Origin: Bilabrum cf. latius
Taxonomy: Eukaryota
Assembly (NCBI GenBank): GCA_965178125.1
Contig: OZ237756.1
Coordinates: 930,001-994,000, forward strand
Length of the DNA stretch: 64,000 bases
Direction of reading: 5' to 3'
This document shows, in pieces, positions 10,203 through 23,560 of this stretch. Made by a program: the position numbers and the translations under genes. Every line of letters starts with the position of its first letter. The stretch's first letter is position 1. The notes under the pieces were generated by a model. That model was not told where the DNA came from. It searched no databases and worked only from the letters and a program-made list of their open reading frames with translations.

Positions 10203-13200
10203 TCATAGAACAGACTCTTCGTTTCCAGCTTCGTGGTGACTATGAGATCCTGATATGCCAGCAGATACTGCCTTTGGATCTGAGGCTGCGAATCCTACAT
10301 CACTGGCTCCTGTTGCTGGCGACCCTCTTGATACGCCACTAGCGATGAGTCTGGATTGCTTATCTCCAACGCTGCGATCGTGGCTCGTCCCAGCGCTTGC
10401 AGCCGGAGAGCCATCAGTAGTCTTCGGTTCCTTGGCAGCCTGACTGGGTCCCCTCCGGACATTGCGGGCTCGAGCACTGGCCTCTCGGTCGATCTAGGAC
10501 ATGCGGAGGGGTCGCACCGCACTGCTCCCGGTCCCCCTTGATGTCCCTGAGACCGATTGCTATTGCTACGAACTCCATGTCTCGACCGGCGACTAAAGAC
10601 CCTGTTCACCGGAACCAGTAGCGCCGTGGATAGAGGGTAGGAGCACACCAGCCCCGCTATTGGTTGGCTGTGCTACTCCACTGCCTGCCTTGCCCTCATC
10701 TTCGCCATTGACCTTGTCTCCGTCCCCGTCTGCCCCCACCCCCAATCGGCGGCCGCTCCGGGTCACGATGAACTTGGTTGGGGGTGCCGGGAGCCGAGCG
10801 GAGCCTCCCTATGACGCAACGTGCTGCAGGAACTTGTCCAAGTGGGCAGGATTCTCCCCCTCCTTCCCACCTCCCATGGCTTGCATACTGATCGCCCCTC
10901 TCCCCCGCTCCTCCCCACTGCCCTTCACTCCGCCTCGCGGGTTGCCTCCATCCGGACTCTCAGTTGAGCCGTTCGGGCCGGTTCGCGCCCCCCGTGCAGA
11001 AGCATCCACCGCGATGCCCCTCCCACTAGGGGACGCACCGGAGCGACTCGGAGGGGGGGTGTCCTGCTGCGACCTGCTGCGGCCGTGTCCCTGCTCCTGC
11101 GACCCGCTGCCCCCCTGTGACCGCATCAGCGTGGCCTGCGACGCTACGGGTGCACTGGGATCCGGCTCGTCCTCATCTTCATGCGGATTCGTCCCCTCTC
11201 CCGGGTCCGCCGTGGAGGCATGGCCCTGGCTGCTACCCCCGTGGGAGACCCTTGACTCCGATCCCGTCACGGATGCACCAAGTCCGCCTCCCAAAGCCCC
11301 TGCGCGCAGTCTATCCTCCTCCCCTGGGTGATCTCTCACCGGGGTGGCAGCGCTGTCCACACGACTCCTGGAGCCTGCTAAGCGAGGTCCTGTCGCATCG
11401 TCTACACCCGCCTCCTCCTAATCATGGCCCTGACCCTGACCCTCTCCTGGCGCGCCCTGTTGTTGTACATGTGGCCTGGGCTGAGACGGAGACACGACGT
11501 CCTGAATGCGGGAGGTACCGGTATCTCCCAAGTCCAGGCGGGGCTGGTGCCCCTTTCCCGAGTCCTCGCCCGCCCTCTCCTCATCTGCCTGCTCCTGATG
11601 CTGCTGGAGCCGGGCCTGGCGCACGGCAGCTGCGGCCCCAGATGCATCTCCTGTGCCCTTGCTCGAGATCCGCTTGTTTAGCTGCTTGCGCACCAGCCTG
11701 GCGCGGAACAACTTCTCGATGGCTTTGGCTGCCAGGAAGTTGTCCAGCCCAAAGCCAGTCATCTCGTCCGACGGCCGCCGTCGGAATGCGCGCCTTGCTT
11801 CCCGCCTTAGGCTGGAGGGTTCGTCTGGTGGGACGAAGGCGGGCTTGCCGTCCGCCGCCGATGTGACCACGAACACGCGCAGAGCGAGGGCCTTGACCAC
11901 GTGCTCGAAGTGCACATGCTTTCCCCTCAGGAGGGGGATGCGCAAGGAGGCAGCCCGCATCCTGAGCTCAGAGTCGGTGGCTTTGTAGTTGAGACCGAAC
12001 CCCATAGGCTCCGGCAGCCGCTGCAGCAGCTCCAGTAGCTAGTCAATCTTGATGCTCTCAGTGGCGTGTGGATCGTACTTCATCCACATGTGCAGGAACT
12101 GCTTTAGATGTCCCTCACCGAGGCGCATGCTGTCCTACTTGCCGCTCTCCTCGAAGCCCTCGATCACCACCGCCACGAACAGGTTCAGGAACACAAATGT
12201 GATCAGCAGAGTGAAACTCAGGAAGTAGGCATAGGCAGCTGCAATGGAACCACAACCGTCCACCGGCTCGCAACCCGGCTCTGCACCACTGTACTTGCAC
12301 ATGTTCAGCTTCTCATCGTACGGGATGTCCGCTAGATCTCTGCAACCATCCGGCTGCGCCCCTGCCGAGTACATGATGGCGTTCCATCCCTCTCCTGTGC
12401 TGGCCCGCATGAGGGTTAGCATGGCGCGGAAGAAGGTCTGGAAATTGGCCTGCTCCGTCAATGCCCCCTGCAGCTGCACGGTGGCGAACAGCTGCACCCC
12501 CATCACCGCGTAGATGAAGAACAGCAGGAACAGCAGGCCACCAATATTACCGAGGGATGGCAGGATCCAGTACACGGCACCAGCCAGCTGCCGGATCTGC
12601 TTGGCTCGCTTGACCAGCCGCACCACACGAGCGATGCGGAAGGTACGCACAACCGTGGCAACGCCACCCACGTCCACCCCGATGGCCGCCTGCTGCAGTG
12701 CGATGCCTAAGAGAGTGCCAACCACCACGGTGAAATCGAACGAATTCCACGCCCCGTCCGCCCCGCAGAAGTAGTCTCCCGCCCCGAGCCCAACGAGCTT
12801 GATGGCAGCCTCGACCGTGAAGATGCCCGCGAACACGTAGTTTATCACATCCAGCGCCACTGCGTACTGATGCGGCTGCCCAAAGAAAGCGATGGCCATG
12901 AAGAGGGCGTTCAGCACAATGCAGACAAGGATACCAGCCTCGAAATTCTCGCTCTCAGCGATCGACCGGCAAGTGCGGACACAGGCATACTCCGACGGCT
13001 CCGGCGCTTTTATGGGCCGGATGCGGATCATTTCCCTGCGGGTGCGAACCCACTCCCTCTGCTCAGGCGTCATGAAGATGCCACCCGCATCTCCGAGTCT
13101 CTCTTTTTCCCGGTTGAAGTTCTCGATGATGATTCCCACGAAGAGGTTGGTCACGAAGAAGGCACCTGCGAGGGTCGGGTGGGAGTGAAGCAAGGAAGCA

Positions 13201-16200
13201 GAAATGGTTGAGCAGGCAAGTTGTTCCACACAAGTGCTGTCATGCATTGATCTAAGCGTATGCGGCAGGCAGGTCGTCTCACCGATCACCATGAAGCCGA
13301 TGAAGAAGAAGACCCACAACGGGGTAGCATCCCGCACCGGCTGCATCTCCACTCCTGTGGCGTCCACGCCTGCGTACATGATCTCCAGCCAGCCCTCCGT
13401 GGTGGCCATCTGGAACAGAGTCACCATGCCTTCCAGTACGTTGTCGAAGCCACTGTCCACGGGCAGGTCCCATTCGAAATCGAGCCATTCGCACACGTGC
13501 ATGCTACGGGGAGCCTCTGCCGCTCCCGAAGGGGGCATGGCCAGGCAGCACGAGCCGTTGGTCATGAGCAGCGATGCAGCACCCGCAGCACTGTCCACTG
13601 CTCCCCGCGTTGCATTCACACCGCCGGGGGGTGGGGCTCGCCACGCCGGGTATAGCAGAGCAGCTGCATCAGCACCGCGCTCGCCCGCCCTGTATGCGTC
13701 CAGCCGGCCGGGGATGCGCCCAAGGAACGCGCTCGCTGGAGCTGCCCATTCAAGCAACCCAAGACCTGATCCACCCTCCCCCGTCCCATCGCCTGCACTC
13801 AGGCTCTCCAACACTGACAGCTGGTCCTGCACAGATAGCCTAGGCCCCTGCAGCATCAGCTCCTGCGCAGCATTAGCAGTGCTACCACCGTCATCACGAG
13901 CCTCCAACACATCCCTGTAGGGCACGTACACTGCACCAGCTTCAAGTAGCAAAGCCTACTCGGCAGCATCAACAGCATCTAGCACGGCCTGCAGCGGGTC
14001 GACAGCAGCAGTGGTGCGACCCTCGGCGCTCCCGCCCCACGCCAATCGGGCCTCTTCCCTTCCTTCCGCGGTACTTGCATTGAAACTTTGCAGCCCTGCG
14101 TTGAAGTCGAACTTCAGCAATGCGTCCAAATTAGCGTCTACTGCGGCAGACGGCGCGGCCCCACCAAGACCCTGCCGCACTGCCAGAGCAGCCGAAAGAT
14201 CCTCCACAGAACCTTGCGCGCCCGCCGAAACCATCAGCGAGGCATGAATTGCTGCGATAGCCGCGGGGCTAAAGAGCTCGGCAAATGTGCCCGGGGTCTG
14301 GACGATGCCCTGCAGCACAGGGGACGCTTCCTCGAAGGCCTCACCCCCGCACGAGTGGAAGGAGCCCTTGAAGTAAGACGTTCCCAGGATGGAGAAGATC
14401 AAGAAAAACAGCACGCACACGAACAACACGTTGAGGATGGATCGCATCGAGGTCAGGAGCGTCTACACTACCAACTTGAGGCCAGGGTTCCTGGAGATAA
14501 ACCTGAGGGGCCGGAAGGCGCGCAGTGCCCTCAGCGAGCGAAGACTCTTCAGTGCCTGTCCCTGCCCCTGCCCAGCGGAAAGTGACAAGATGGAGACCAC
14601 CACGATGAACGCATCCAACACGTTCCACCACGAGCGGAAGTACGCATTCCTGTGGAGTACCACCCCGAGCACAATAATCTTCAGGGCCATTTCTACGGTG
14701 AATAGGCAGGTCAGTACGATGTCAGTCACTCGGAGAGCTTGCGCGGGCCAGCCATTGGGGTCCATGAATGGCGAATCCACCGCCAGCAGGATGCTGCTGA
14801 CTGCAATGAGCACCATCACCGTGCGGTCGAACCAAGGGTGCTGCACCACCTCGTCTAGAGAGGCCCGCACGCAGTTCTAGGGGGCAAGCAGACCCATGCT
14901 GTGTCCGTGCAGGCTGATGCGGCGATTGACCATCCGCGAGCTGCGCCCTGAGAAAGCTGACTGCGAGGGCATGGATAGGGCCGTGTCCACGGAGGAGCGG
15001 GCCCCCTTGATCATCGACTCGCGGGACTTGGGTGTGCTTGAGGCACCTGCGACCGCCGGACCTGCCGCCACCGGAGGGGGGCCGTATACGCCGCTGCTCC
15101 GCGCTTTACCTGCCGCGTGACCCTTGGAGTCAACTGCCCTGGCCAGCACTGGGGGGCCGCGGGAGGCAGCCGCCGAAGATGAGCCCCCCTATTCTGCCGG
15201 CTGTGTAGCTGCCCCTTCTTCCTGCTCCAGAATGTCCGGGGAGCCATGCCCTCCAGCCTAGGCATCGTTCCTGACCTTTGCTTGCAGGAAGGGGTGTCTG
15301 GCGAGCCGCCCAGCTGCCTCGCTAACGCTGCTCAGAACAGGACCACCTGGGGGGCTTCCCGTGCCGGTTTCGGGATTTGACACTGCTCGGCGATTCGGTT
15401 CTGCCTATTCCTATTTGGCCTAGCCACCTTGGGTATGCGGAGGAGGCTTCGCGGCGGCTACTGTCGCACTCATCGCACCAGACTAGCCTCTTCTGTTTGC
15501 CTCTGCCTCCCCTCCACCCAGCGAGGAAGGCGTGGGGACGGCAGAGGCATCACCTCGGCGACGGGACCCGCTGGCGTGCCCCTGTTCGGGCCTTCGCCGA
15601 GGGCTCTGTTCGCCCGACTCGCTACCCTCCTTGGCCGACTTGGTCGACCCCCCTATGGAAGCGAACAGCTTGCCAAGCGCCTGCACCGAATGCCTCAGGG
15701 GGGCCATGGGAGACAGCATGTCTTCCTCCTCCTCCGGGGTAAGGTGGTGGTACTTCTTTGCATCCCCCTCGTGCTCTGCTGCAATCATGGCCTGCACCTG
15801 CTGCTCGGCGCTGGTATCCTCACCAGCATCTTGCTTGCTGTCCTGAACCCCCGCGCCATCTTGAGATCGTGCTCGTATTCCAGCTGGACTAGCACCTGCT
15901 TGCTTCCCCCCTTCCCGCAGCACAGGGAGGGGCTCTGGTGCAACCTGGTTCGATGCGATACCGGAGCTGGGCCGAGCTTGCGAGACAGGCAACGCCACCA
16001 CACCCACTGGGTTGCTCATAGGGACAGGCGCCACCCGACTGCTGGGGCTGACAGGCTCCCCGGTGAGCTGATCCACGTCATCGAACGAGCCCAGCAGGAT
16101 GGCCAAAAAGAGGTTCAGCACGATGAAGTCGCCCATGATGATGAGAGCCAAGAAGTACACGGCAGCCGCCCACGAGGTGCCTCGGATGCAGTCGTACATG

Positions 16201-19200
16201 ACCGTGTTCCAGTTCTCCCCCGTCAGCACCTGGAAGACAGTCACGAAAGCCCATAAGAGAGTGTCGAAGTGTGACCGAGGGCGTTCGAAAGGGTCAGGGC
16301 AAGCCGCGGGGTTCTCGTCGAAGACCTCCGGGGCAACCTCGTCAGCGGGGCGACCCGTCTCGGGGTCGAAGCACAGTTCGTTGGCGAAGAGCTGCATCCC
16401 GACGAGTGCGAATATGAACATGAAGAGCAGCAGCAGTACCGCAAAGTTGGCCACATCCCTCAAAGTGGCCATGATGGTGTGCAGTAGGATGCGCAGGCTC
16501 TTCCACTACCGGGCAAGTGCGAAAACGCGGAACAGCCGGAATGTACGGAGGGCGGAGACCGCTGACTGCCTGGCCCCGGGTCCGTCGTCATGCTCCGCCG
16601 GGGTGAGGAATCCCGGCGGCACGACGATTACCTCGACGAGCGAGGCCACCACGATGACCGCGTCGAAGAGGTTGAATGCATCCTGCGCGTACAGCCAGGG
16701 GCCCAGCCCGATGAGCTTGAGCACCATCTCCACGGCGAATGAAAGTGTAAGCGCGAAGTTGACGATCTCCAGCTACCTGGCCAGGTCTTGGTTCATCGGG
16801 TAGTGGTCGATGGCCAGCACCACCGTGTTGAGCAGGATCAGCAGCATGATGCCCAGGTGGAAGAACGGGTGGCTTACCAGCATGAAGCAGCACAGTCGCC
16901 ACTGGGGAATACCCAGCTTTTCTGCCCGCAACCGCAGCAAAAACTCCGTGCTATACCCAGACATGCGGCGTTTCTTACCATGCCCAGCCACGATGTGCTG
17001 GGTAACTTTTTGCATCAGCTTGCGGCCGGACCCTCCACCCTCCTCCCCATTCTCTCCTTCAGTACCACGCTCACCCCCCTTGTGGCCACTCTTACCGGAT
17101 TTCTCTCGCTCGTCCTACTCGCTGGTGGAGCCTTTCGACTGGCGAGCGACGTCAGTCCCGGACGATTCCGCCGCGGCCCTTCCTGCATCGATAGCACCGC
17201 CTCCCGCGTCTCCGTGAGCGCCGATTCCCTTTTCATCCCCACTCTCGGCGGATATCTGCTTCACTGCGCCAATGATGCCATGCTCCCGGTTGAGGGCCAG
17301 CAAGGACCTCTTTGATTTACGGTTCTGCATCGGGGTGACTGGGCCACTGGGCTTGGCCCCTGCGCCCGCCCCGGCTCCGACTGGTTGCTGCCCCTGGTGG
17401 AAGACCATCTGCGATCTTCTCCTCTCCTGCTCCCGCCCCAGGTCACGCAGTCTCTGCGTCTCTGCGGCGGCCTCCTTCTTCTTCTTCTGCTCGGCATCCT
17501 TGACGGCCTCTCTCTCTTTCTCTGCAGCCTCCTCCTGGCCCTTGTTGTACTCGTCCCAAATGACCGCAAGGGTCAGCTGGAGCAGGAAGAAACTCCCAAA
17601 GATGACCAGAAACACGAAGTAGACCGCCGCCACCACCCCATTGTACCCGTCCATGATCTGGTACATGATATCCACCCACCCCTCCAGCGTTATACTCTGG
17701 AAGATCGTGACGAAGGCCTTGCCAATGTGGTCGAAGGTGGTCAGTCCGAAGTTGAGAGAGGACAGGTACGTCGCGGATCGTTGCACGAAGGAGCCCGCAA
17801 ACCGCTCGTTACCACTAGCATCGTAGTTGCTCCCGCACCACCGGCCCGCAGGACACTTGTAATCCCCAAGCTCCCACCCGGGCAGCGAGCAGATCCTCTC
17901 CAGTTCAGGGTCCACGGGCCAGAAACAGTCCCGGGCCCTGCGCCAGGGTGACGTCAGCTGCGTCCAGGAATCGTCGTTCACTGGTTCCCCCGGGAGACAC
18001 CTCTCTAGCACGTTGGTATTCAGCATGGCCGAAGCAGAGAACACGCGGGGATCCTCCTCGAGGCCGCCTGCTGCCACCGGGCTGTCCCTGGCTGCAGCAC
18101 CAATTGTTAGCACTGTGCCAGTAGGATCCAAGTCCTCTGCATCCAGCATGAAAGCGGCCATGCACTCCTCCCCAACCGGGTTAACCAGGCAAGGGGCTGG
18201 CACCCCGCCGGGCGGCCGCACCCGGACTGGGTCCGATGTCAGCCTGCACCTTGCGTGCTACACGCCGGCCCACAGCTGCACACCCAAGATGCCAAATATC
18301 ATAAACACGAAGCTCAGCAGCATCACCACTGACAGCAGCCCCGGAATGGACTTGAGCAGCGACTGCACCAGGAGCTTCATGCCCGGCACCGCGTTGAGCG
18401 AGCGCAGCGGCCGGAGCACTCGGATGACGCGGAAAGCGCTGACGTTTGTCACACCAGGGAGATTGGACAGGAGCGCTGTGGCTACTACGACGAAATCCAG
18501 TCTGTGCTTGGCGCAGACGGGGCAAATGAGTGGAAGCACACGTTAAGCAGTAGCGATGTAGCGATTCGGGTGCAGCCTATCAGTGGCGGGTGGGGCAGTC
18601 GAGCGATGATGACGGACTCACACATTCCACGGGTCTGCCAAGTACGACCCTTTGTCCCAGACGAACCCCATGGCGACAATCTTGAGCACCATTTCCGCAG
18701 TAAATATCCCGGTGAAGACCGGTTCTGACCGCTCGACAAGCAGGTTGCGCCAGCTGCCCGACGTGTCTAGGAAACCGTCTGAGTCCACGTTCCCGTAATC
18801 TGACAGGGCCAGTACGATACTATTCAACACGATCAGTGTACTGCGATACATTCGATTCGCAATTCTCGTTTTGCAACTCAGTGCTTCCAGCACACGGCAA
18901 GCGCGAGGCGCAACGGACGGATAACTCACAGGATAAATGCGTCGAACAACCAGTGCTGTGTAAGCCACACCGCAGATTCTCGCACTACGTTCCCAGGATA
19001 CAAACAAAATAGTGATACCTCCGAGAAACGAAACGACTTGCCGTGAACATGAAAGTTGGGAACAGAGGTGGCGGAAAGTCTCCCGTCTCGAGCGGCGCGC
19101 TGAGCATCCTTCGCTACTTTTGCCAGCGATGGTGACCCCAAGCTACCGAATGATACCTAAGAGCCACCTGATGATTCCTAGCTCGTCATGTTCGAGGCGC

Positions 19201-19309
19201 GACCGGCAGTGGCACTCAAGCGGCTGTTGGGAGCTTCTCCTTGGGATGGCCGAGGTGCACCCCCAGCCTGTGGCTCGTATCCGACTAGCTCCTAGCCGTC
19301 ACGTGACAT
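10203..19309 (-). CDS. Four-domain voltage-gated cation channel alpha subunit, Cav-type (EEEE selectivity filter)
   Basis: Four S4 segments (e.g. FRVIRVLRPLRSL, LRSLRALRAFRPLR); pore loops ITLEGW, LTGENW, ATTEGW, STGEGW; C-terminal EF-hand-like (WMKYDPHAT) and IQ-like (AAKAIEKLFRAR) motifs. Continuous through more than 15 in-frame TAGs. Introns at about 13166-13282, 18501-18624 and 18839-18927. Stop TGA at 10203-10205. Confidence 0.92.
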
Positions 19310-19993
19310 ATGAGCGATACACCTTTGTTCGAAAGCTGGGAAAGTCTCCTTGTACTCGGGGCGTCACAAAATATATGACCAGGAGCGCAGCGCCTCACCG
19401 CGCGGCTTTTGCAAAGCAGATATGCTGGTACGTTGCAAGGCGATACCCGCTTAATAGCGGCAGAAAAACTGTGATGTTCATTTCAAAACAATTATTGGAA
19501 TAACGATTGGGTACAGCCACCATAATGGATCATATCAACAGCAACAAAGAGCACGCAACGGTTCACCGCGCAACACCCATCATTTCGGAGCAGCATGAAC
19601 GTACAACCGCTCCATCGCACCAAATATCAAACTTAGGCCAAACATCATACGCTTTGCATCTCACATTGGACGATAGGTTGCCTGGACGACGGATGGATAC
19701 CGCAACCACCTCGCAACTAGCCGCTGGCGCTCATTGGTCGCAAGGTTCGGCCAAGATTGCCGAAGGTTCATGAAATCGAAAATGTGCACGCGAGGAATGT
19801 TTATCTGGCGATAAGTACTGTACACGATGGTCGATTCTTTGTACGCAACATCGTTCGGGATGGAAGAAATTATCGCTGCTGATTTTCCCGCTTGGTCCAA
19901 TGCATCGATTCCATTTGCGCGTGAGCACGTTCAAAGGGATACTATGTCCCGCAGTACCAACGCAGCAGCATAGATATCTGCACAGAGCCTCTT

Positions 19994-20572
19994 TTGTTTC
20001 CGTACGTATGCGCAGGGGTTAGTGTTGCGGTGGCTAGCAGTCCTGCATTGTCGGCTCCAGGGGATTGGAAGGGAAATCCAGACCTGCTAGACGACGCGAA
20101 ACGAGAAGCTCTTGGAATAGGTCAGGCCGAACCGGATAATCCGCGACAATATCCTCGAATGGCAGGTGGAGATGCAGTAGGAGGGAGCATAGCATCGATG
20201 CAGTCTGTCGAGGAGCTGGTGCGTGCCGGCACAGCAACGGGGTTCAGCGGCAGGATGGAGCTTCGCGCCCGCGGCCAGGAGGAACGAGCCGGAGCACTGC
20301 ATCGTATGCATCAGCGTGCGGCCTCGGGTCTCGCTTCAACTGATGGGGAGGGATATCACTTGCTGGGGCTGCCGCGCCGACGGAGTCAGGCGCCCGCGGG
20401 TGACGATGGAGGAATCCCGCTGCGGGCCGCGTACGTGCACACTGGGGCATCCGCGGGTACGGGAGCGGCATAGGCAGTCGGGGTGTCAGGCGGAGATCGA
20501 ATGAGCCCTGCATCGCTACTCCTGATGGAGGCCCCCGGGGAAGGGGGTACTGACGACGGCCCATCGTCTTGA
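19994..20572 (+). CDS. hypothetical protein (start uncertain)
   Basis: GC-rich frame continues through TAG 20471-20473 to TGA at about 20570; no recognisable domain. Confidence 0.3.
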
Positions 20573-20838
20573 GAGTCCCGCGCTGGAATGATGGAATGAG
20601 CAACAAATGCCTACACACGGATGCATCGCGATCGCCACCGCTTGCAAGTTGCGTCAAATAGCTGCCAACTCAGCAACCATCCGGGTTTGTTTGCACCTGC
20701 ACCCCACTGGTGGCACTGGCACGCGCTCGTCATCACCACCTGGTAGGTTGTGCTTGGATGACCATCCTCCGCCAGCCTAACAGCAACATTTGCGCTCATT
20801 CAAGGCGCAAACAGTTAAATTGAATGCCTTTCTGAGGT

Positions 20839-22074
20839 ATGGAGTCGGCCAAAGTACGCGATCAGCTTGCCAGGTTACGCAAGTTTCTGAAGTTGAAGCA
20901 CTAGCCTAGCACTGCGGGCAAGGCTACAGATCCGATCAGAGTGCTATGGGCAGCCCAAGCACTGTGTCAAGATGCTGGAATTAAAATACCTTCCGCTCGC
21001 ACCGAATGTGCTAGCGCTTCCACTTAGCTATACGATGCTTCAGCGGCTCGGTCCCACGCCGGTATAACAGCTCTCAAACCTCTTCTCCAGGGTCACCGGC
21101 GCCGTACGTTGTCAGCATTGCAATACAGGCGTGACGGATGTAACAGTGGTGAACGTGATTCGCTAGTGCCTGAAACGGCATTGCAGTGCGCACTTGATGC
21201 CGCTGCTGCGCCTTACCACCCTGCGGCAGAAGGCCTTGTCTCTGCTTCAACAGAGCCCATCTGCCGGCGCGAACTGCATCAGCAGAGATTGGCAGCATAT
21301 TCAGAGCTGCTATTTTGCCTAATCGAGCAGGTGCGGCTCGCCGAACAAGCGGCAATGCAGAGTGTGAAAGCCGCTGCCAAGGCTGTGCGCAAGCAAGGCA
21401 GTGATGTAGCCGGCGGCTCGGTCGGCTCTGCGAGGAGCATGCAAAAGGAAGCTGTGATCAGGTTTGCGTAGGCGGCATCCTCCCTGCGGAGAGAAAGAAG
21501 CGCCGCGCCCGCCCCGCCGGCTGCCGTGCCTCGGACAGAGCTCTCCAGCGACGGGGACGGCAGTGGCGAGCACAGACCCCGCGCCTCTCGTCCTGCGGCC
21601 CAGGCCGGCGACAAACGCCCTCGCCCAGATTATTTGCCTGAAACAGGGCCTTTGCACACGTAGGGCGTGGTGCTAAGCAATGGCCAAGGGGATGCATTCG
21701 CAGGTGGTGCCGTGCGGTCGAACGCGGGGCAGGCCCGAGGTCGCTCCCCGCAGGAAAGAGGGCCCGGCAGCGGCGAGGCCGGAGCGGACCAACCCCAGCC
21801 TGAACTCGGACGGCCAGCGCTGGCCAGTGGCAGTAATGCTTCCGAGGGGGGGGAGGCTGGAGCTGGGCGGGCAGAGGCCGCGTCTGTGGAAACTACCCGC
21901 GGTGGGACGCAGCGCCACCGCGGGGCCCGCCGGTTGCCGCCACACCGTCCCGCTCGCGGCTCGGCTCGGAGCCTTGGGGCATCTGGACGTGGAAGAGCAA
22001 GGTCGCGCGGGCCTTTTGATGCAACCCTTAAACTGAGTGAAGGTGGCCTGCAAGACGCTGTGTCGTTCTTTTGA
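20839..22074 (+). CDS. hypothetical protein
   Basis: ATG 20839 in frame with ORFs 21109-21471 and 21667-22074, interrupted only by TAG codons; ends TGA. Confidence 0.55.
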
Positions 22075-22367
22075 CAGTGTGTAAGGCTCGTGATGCGAAT
22101 ATGGTGCAGCAAATCGCGGAGATCTCGTGGGCTTTCATAAATGCGGCATGTGGAATGTTGCTCGGGCGGACTCCCCAATTCCAGGTCGAACACGTTGTAG
22201 CGTGCAGTGCACCAAAATACTTGATTTATCGGTTTGCCGCCTTCTGCCCACACGTTCCCCGCCACCAATCGTCTCGTGGACAGATATTGCACTAAATAAG
22301 GAGAATTTCTGTTCTTTGCTTGCTTGGAGAGGCATTGTTGACTTGAAATTTCGAGCTGTATCTCACG

Positions 22368-23441
22368 ATGTCGGGCCAATTAGACCCTAGTGCTGCGCCA
22401 TTTCAAGCAAGCAAGGGCTCAGGATCCACGTTTAAGCTGAGCGTTGATGCCAAGCCATTTGTACCTTCAGGGTCATTTGCACGTCCTGCAGTGGGAGCGA
22501 GCAGCTCTGCAGCAACTATGGCAGCTCCGGCGGCGTGGCAAGTGCCGATGGCTGCAGCTTCAGGCGCATCTGCGTGGCCCGGGCAAGGTTCATCAGAGTT
22601 CAGCATTGGTTTTGGATTGATGGCGTCACCACCACCCACGGGTGCGCCCGACGCGGGTGGTGGTGATGAGAGCATTGATTCTGACGACGATGCGTTCTTG
22701 GCTTAGCAGGAAGAAGTAGATCGTTTGCTGGCTGCTTCGGGATTGGAAGGTGCAAGAGCACTAGAGGAGGATGGAGATGTAGCAACGGATGGTGGCAGTA
22801 CGGACGACTATGAGGCAGAGGACCGTGATAATGGCGTTTTTGAGACATTCGTGCCGCGTCGCGCAGCTATTGCAGCAAGCATCGAGACGCCAGCAGATGC
22901 CCCGGGGCGATCTGCAGTAATGCTGTTTCCAAAGGTAGCCGATAATGAATAGGCGGAAGAGTTTGTTGCATCGCCTTTCGGGTACACTTCAATGTCTCCC
23001 GTGGCCGGGGCGGGACGCGGGGCTGGCCAGGAAGCGCCAGCTGGAGTGCCGGTCGGAGGTGCAGATGCTGCTACTGACGTTGCTGCCGGATATTCGGGCT
23101 CAGGGAACGCAGCAGACGCAGGTGCGCACAATCCAGCCCCCGCACCAGTAGCATCACATACCGCAGCCCCGGCACCAGCCAGCGGCACAGGTCCCAAGTC
23201 GGCCAGCGGGCTCTCCATGGTGCGGCGCAAGATGGGGAAGCAGGCGGCTGCCTCGGGAGGGCAGGCGCCAGCGATAGCACCTGCCCCGGCCCCAGCTCCA
23301 GCCCTGGCACCAGCCCCGGCACCTGCTCCAGCCCCGGCAGGTTCAGCGTCGGCATCAACCTTATCGATGATGCAGCGGGCGAAGGAGAGCCGAGCGAAGA
23401 AGGCAGCCGAGAAGGCAGCAGCACGAGGGGCCACGACGTGA
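22368..23441 (+). CDS. PAM2-motif (PABP-interacting) low-complexity protein
   Basis: Two PAM2-like motifs, QLDPSAAPFQA and KLSVDAKPFVPS. ORFs 22368, 22725 and 22992 are in one frame joined by TAG at 22704 and 22950; ends TGA. Confidence 0.65.
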
Positions 23442-23560
23442 GTTTAGGTGCACTGCATTGAACATCAACAATTCAAATCAATTGGCTATAAGTATGAGCG
23501 ATATTTCCCCGCGTCCCATCATGAGTGCAAGTTTGGCACCATACGAACGCAAGCGCAGCC

